A stretch of 64,000 bases of DNA from Antedon mediterranea. Its lineage: Eukaryota > Animalia > Echinodermata. Location of the stretch: the NCBI RefSeq assembly GCF_964355755.1, contig NC_092670.1, positions 14,494,795-14,558,794 of the forward strand, given 5' to 3'. The notes below the pieces were generated by a model. It was given only the letters and a program-made list of their open reading frames with translations. It did not search any database and was not told where the DNA came from. This document shows, in pieces, positions 62,101-64,000 of the stretch (the first letter of the stretch is position 1; each line of letters begins with the position of its first letter). The position numbers were made by a program, and so were the translations under genes.

Positions 62101-64000
62101 TATTGTTTTCTTCTCTTTCCCGTTTAATTCTTTGTCGATTCTTTTCTCTTTCTTTTTTAATTCTATAAGATTGTTTTCGTTTTCTGCTCAATATTTTTAC
62201 TCTGCTTTCTGAACAAGGTTTTTCAACAGTTTTACTCTGTTTGTGTTTTGGTTCTATATCTTCAAATGTGTCACAAGGTTCTTTTTCCGTTTGCTTTCGT
62301 TTCTTTGTTGTAGAATCCTTTACCAAAAACTTCGCCTCTGTATTTGACAGTTTATTGTGGGATGTCACATTCATATCAACTTGTCCTGTTGTTTCCTGAA
62401 CATTATTTTGACTCACATTGACAGATTCTACTACATTAAAATGCACATTCATGGTGTACAAAATATATATACCATTGTCAGTTGTAACATCATCTATTCT
62501 TCCTGGCTTTTTAGCAGAAAACAATTGCCACGTCAAAAGCTGATCATTAAATGAATAAATATCTGTATTAAGCAAGTTTGCCATTGCACTTATTTCAGTA
62601 TTGGATGCCCACCTTCCATTATCCATTACTCTTTTTTTAAACACATATTCCTTAACTGATCTATATTCGTGACTAAATGTATTAATAAATAAGTCATCAG
62701 TTTCCAATAAATGATTAGTAATTGCTCTTCTTAAAAGTAAATGATTATCTTCAGTCCCAGAAATAATGTATGAAATTGCACGATAAAAACAATTACCATC
62801 ACCTGTAATATTCGTAATTTGAAGAGGATGTCCAATCTGACTAGTTCTGTTAATACCACAATTCATATCGGTATGTTCACAATGAATGCCTACTTCTTTA
62901 CACATGTTTTTCTTTTGTGCTTCTGAGATTGGAATAAATTTAAAATTCTTGTCAGGTCTTTCTCCATACTGAACATTAACAATTTCAATATCACTATCAC
63001 TTTGCCATTCATTACTTGATGAGACATGACCTTCTTTATTATGTGTTTTGCCTTTAACTTTATAATCAATATTCTTGTCTGGTAATCTTGAACTACATTT
63101 ATACTGATAAGACGTACTAGGTTCATCAACATCGACGTTTCCCAAGTTGCTTTGTTCACAATTATCATCGAGCACAGAAGCGGAACATAAAATCATAGAC
63201 TTATTTTCAATATTTACACCAGTCAGTTCAAACTCGGTGTCATGTAAATTACAGTTCATTGACCTTGCTAATCTTATACAATAGTCGTACACACCTTGCC
63301 AAGATGGACTGTAAAGTAAAATACTCTTTCCATGCTCACTAACACAACCAAATCGATCTCTTGCATGTGGATCAAATATAAGGAAACCATTTACACGTTT
63401 AATAATAGAAAATGTGCTTCTGTTAAAATTCATAAAAAATGCATCATGTTGGTGTAATTCTTGTTCAAGAGCTTGGTTTAATGACAAGGCTCCATATTCA
63501 GCCATAAATTCGAGATTCCCATCTATTATGCCAAAAACTGATTCTTTTGGAGATATTACAAATGTGTTATCCAAGATATCCAATTCTTTCGGCAGTTCAG
63601 AAATCATCAAAAGGTCCTCATGCATAGTGGAATCTTTTTGAATGTAACGGTACAACTCATTTCCAAGAGTCAATATTGTATCAAGGTCTTTGGTGTAAAA
63701 TTCATTTCCATTCATCTTTGTAGAATAAAGAATAGCTACAAGACTATTTGCAACACACTGTTTACCACCTGCAAAGCCAAATCTATAATTCCCTTGATTA
63801 AAACTACCCTGTGCTACAGTTATATTATTATCATTACTATTATATAGTTGTAATTCATTTATTGATTGTGTATTCTGCCTTATTGGTGCATTCTTTTGTT
63901 TTGATCTCTCATCGATTATCAATTCTTCCGAAAAATTATTTTTGGTTAAAACTTCAATATCCACATCGATAGCATGTTGGTCACATTTAGGTTTAGTATG
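56150..64000 (-). CDS. Helentron RepHel-EN transposase, partial (N-terminus beyond the window)
   Basis: The frame stays open to the edge; the listed start at 63964 is an internal Val (GTG). DUB, OTU, Rep, helicase and APE motifs are intact. Confidence 0.94.
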   Translation of the reverse strand, partial: HTKPKCDQHAIDVDIEVLTKNNFSEELIIDERSKQKNAPIRQNTQSINELQLYNSNDNNITVAQGSFNQGNYRFGFAGGKQCVANSLVAILYSTKMNGNEFYTKDLDTILTLGNELYRYIQKDSTMHEDLLMISELPKELDILDNTFVISPKESVFGIIDGNLEFMAEYGALSLNQALEQELHQHDAFFMNFNRSTFSIIKRVNGFLIFDPHARDRFGCVSEHGKSILLYSPSWQGVYDYCIRLARSMNCNLHDTEFELTGVNIENKSMILCSASVLDDNCEQSNLGNVDVDEPSTSYQYKCSSRLPDKNIDYKVKGKTHNKEGHVSSSNEWQSDSDIEIVNVQYGERPDKNFKFIPISEAQKKNMCKEVGIHCEHTDMNCGINRTSQIGHPLQITNITGDGNCFYRAISYIISGTEDNHLLLRRAITNHLLETDDLFINTFSHEYRSVKEYVFKKRVMDNGRWASNTEISAMANLLNTDIYSFNDQLLTWQLFSAKKPGRIDDVTTDNGIYILYTMNVHFNVVESVNVSQNNVQETTGQVDMNVTSHNKLSNTEAKFLVKDSTTKKRKQTEKEPCDTFEDIEPKHKQSKTVEKPCSESRVKILSRKRKQSYRIKKEREKNRQRIKREREENNNSKETNEIGNKYQSDSVYREEKKRKVKEAQKIRYGDDDYKFQKRKENRERQHKMYKCEPEYNVKLRNKAKHNYNIDLGYRKTKKETKKNRYNNDTMFRHKTIQNNKQRNKERYHNDPQFRQNLKQILSEKYCNNSQFRENLTQKMAEKYRSNFKFRQNLKHKLAEKYRNNLKFRQNCKQKLAEKYRSNLKFRQKCKDELAEKYRNNLKFRQKCKDKLAEKYRSNLKFRQNCKQKLAEKYRGNLKFRQRCKQKCKQRFTEKYHGDEGFRKTIMKKNMKNREKIKTENTNFNIVLENFKKTVSRGPEYVCCVCFKLLFKDQVMKCIKAKYKNQACINEKYLHICNNESNKHCQFVESPRCCLWICFTCHRKMLNGKVPAEANSNNLQLHDIPPELRCLNNLEQHLIGLNIPFMKLMNLPKGGQHGIHGPVVCVPSNTIETVKMLPRPQVDDQLISVKLKRKLSYKGYYKYKFVNTANVIQALKYLQDHNKCYFDIAINEEWHNYLSEDYIESETTNEDENNEEEEREEEVEDRLCGVTFDTSLQPVDRRQNLVDEYFNDIICCAPCENNSPIALLSNKSNEAKSFPVLFPTGQPTFHDTRDVKITLGRYFHNRLMHIDNRFAQNTEFIFYAQSLYELQQILSSISIALRKGSSKKDDFSKVTVSDLKNVTKIQEILKSDRGYKFLKQIRGTPPYWQATQKDIIAMVRQIGKPTFFLSFSSADFRWKEIMTTLLSQSGDQRNIEELEWADKCNLLKSNPVTVARMFDKRFHTFLKNVILSEAQPIGKVVDYFYRIEFQMRGSPHVHMLVWVENAPIFGTDKDIEVINFVDKYISCAVPCETVDPELNEIVKSVQIHSKRHSKSCKKKGTNCRFNFPRQPSGNTFVMRPTIVDKDNDDNDDNKKAMELLTSVKDAVTNEETYKNAIELFQSLGITQSAFEKANNCVATEEKIVIKRNPQDVWVNQYNPSLLRAWNANMDIQYITNVYACIIYVIGYMSKSEREMGLLLNHAASEVKEGNEDARQSLRKLGNVYMNNREVSAQESIYRVCSLRLKECSRKVEFIPVGPNPVRMSLPLSVIKNKEDDDVSAWLPNKIDKYIARPNSSEFNKMCLAKFCSEYRILSSSEMKGNKQKKNVFQLKKQLGFIQKRTRTSNAIVRYPRFPMDTAPEKYFLSILQLFLPFRKDEQLKPPNFETYEQFHEEGCVKLCDCQLQTVKSIVYGNMEQYEKSADDVEEAQECLSKFGPQEDAWSLLCPESEKERLDNPKPNVEVDDEEDEFFIPDFGIQKNHTSKVESNSSNIPRPELNKMIRSLNEKQQHIFYKTRQWCLDKANGKKPEAFYTFITGGAGTGKSHLVNCIYNEATRILGKIMENPDDLSILKLAPTGIAAYNIKGQTIHSALSIPINISLPYQPLGEEKISALRNQLRQLQIVIIDEISMVNQRLLWYIHGRLRQIKQVRNDSPFGNISVIAVGDFYQLPPVMGSSLYKDTLESSLWLDNFKQVQLDQIMRQKEDKEFALLLNKLRTKEKHDCLSDNDLFVLKSRETGEECEDAVHIYPRNKQVDEWNKKMLHKICTDIVCIEAEDSVVNAKKQTKICDKPRNSRQTSLLNYLWIALNARVMLIKNVDVKKGLTNGCMGHVYEIVKPNNNAKPVSIKVKFDNNEIGVQAIEMFKESMGNKYSRKQFPLKLAYACTVHKVQGLTMNEAVVCLKNTFAPGQAYVALSRVTSISGLTIEHLNPNLIYCDPNIKKCLNNMDSYVQCENQGHDSDSKFSIMLHNIQGLKQHFADLQCNDLFMNSSIICLTETWLNKDEDVFEVNIQPYKLYHQARYDSYSNRNDLSSKLKNQAHGGVAVYTKNTFSSRLNIPNYDIEAVSFLITSPISVSVSVIYRPPSYDINQFCQNLRKYLEELHKMSTKCILMGDFNENLFKQSSRVKNLMSENEYRQHVTCSTTENNTLIDHVYSKGLDSVQAEVIPIYYSYHEAIHIKF
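61310..61770 (-). repeat. 54-bp (18-aa) coding repeat, ~7 units
   Basis: Translation and DNA. Confidence 0.88.

Larger units (their letters stand above)
52002..64000. mobile_element. Autonomous Helentron copy A3 with left terminus attached, truncated by the window end
   Basis: Left terminus, family unit with decayed right end, downstream repeats, RepHel ORF. Confidence 0.87.

Noticed and set aside
10708-64000. Assembly artefact triplicating one element
   Set aside because: The copies differ by many substitutions, in-frame indels and repeat counts.

Overview
AT-rich metazoan genomic DNA. Bases 41-5096 (minus strand) hold the first 12 coding exons of the mRNA capping enzyme gene RNGTT, with small MITE-like inserts in its introns. 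From about 265 bp upstream of the RNGTT ATG (5360) to the window end, everything belongs to one family of endonuclease-encoding rolling-circle transposons (Helentron/Helitron2 type). There are three autonomous copies (two complete at ~17 kb, one cut by the window edge) and ten ~1.15-1.2 kb non-autonomous units with the same ends. The autonomous copies carry an uninterrupted ORF, ~3100 aa in the complete ones: TM anchor, PHD, herpes-type DUB, OTU, 18-aa repeats, HUH Rep, PIF1 helicase, AP endonuclease. Main observation: the 15 left ends (TTGGTTATCCGC hairpin plus T-tract) and 12 right ends (GCGGATAACC, hairpin, CTAG) are ordered like nested brackets. Excising one inner element exactly rebuilds an intact T-tract seen elsewhere in the window. 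The family therefore appears to insert into a T-rich landing pad inside its own left end, building a Russian-doll pile. All calls come from manual reading; no searches were run.
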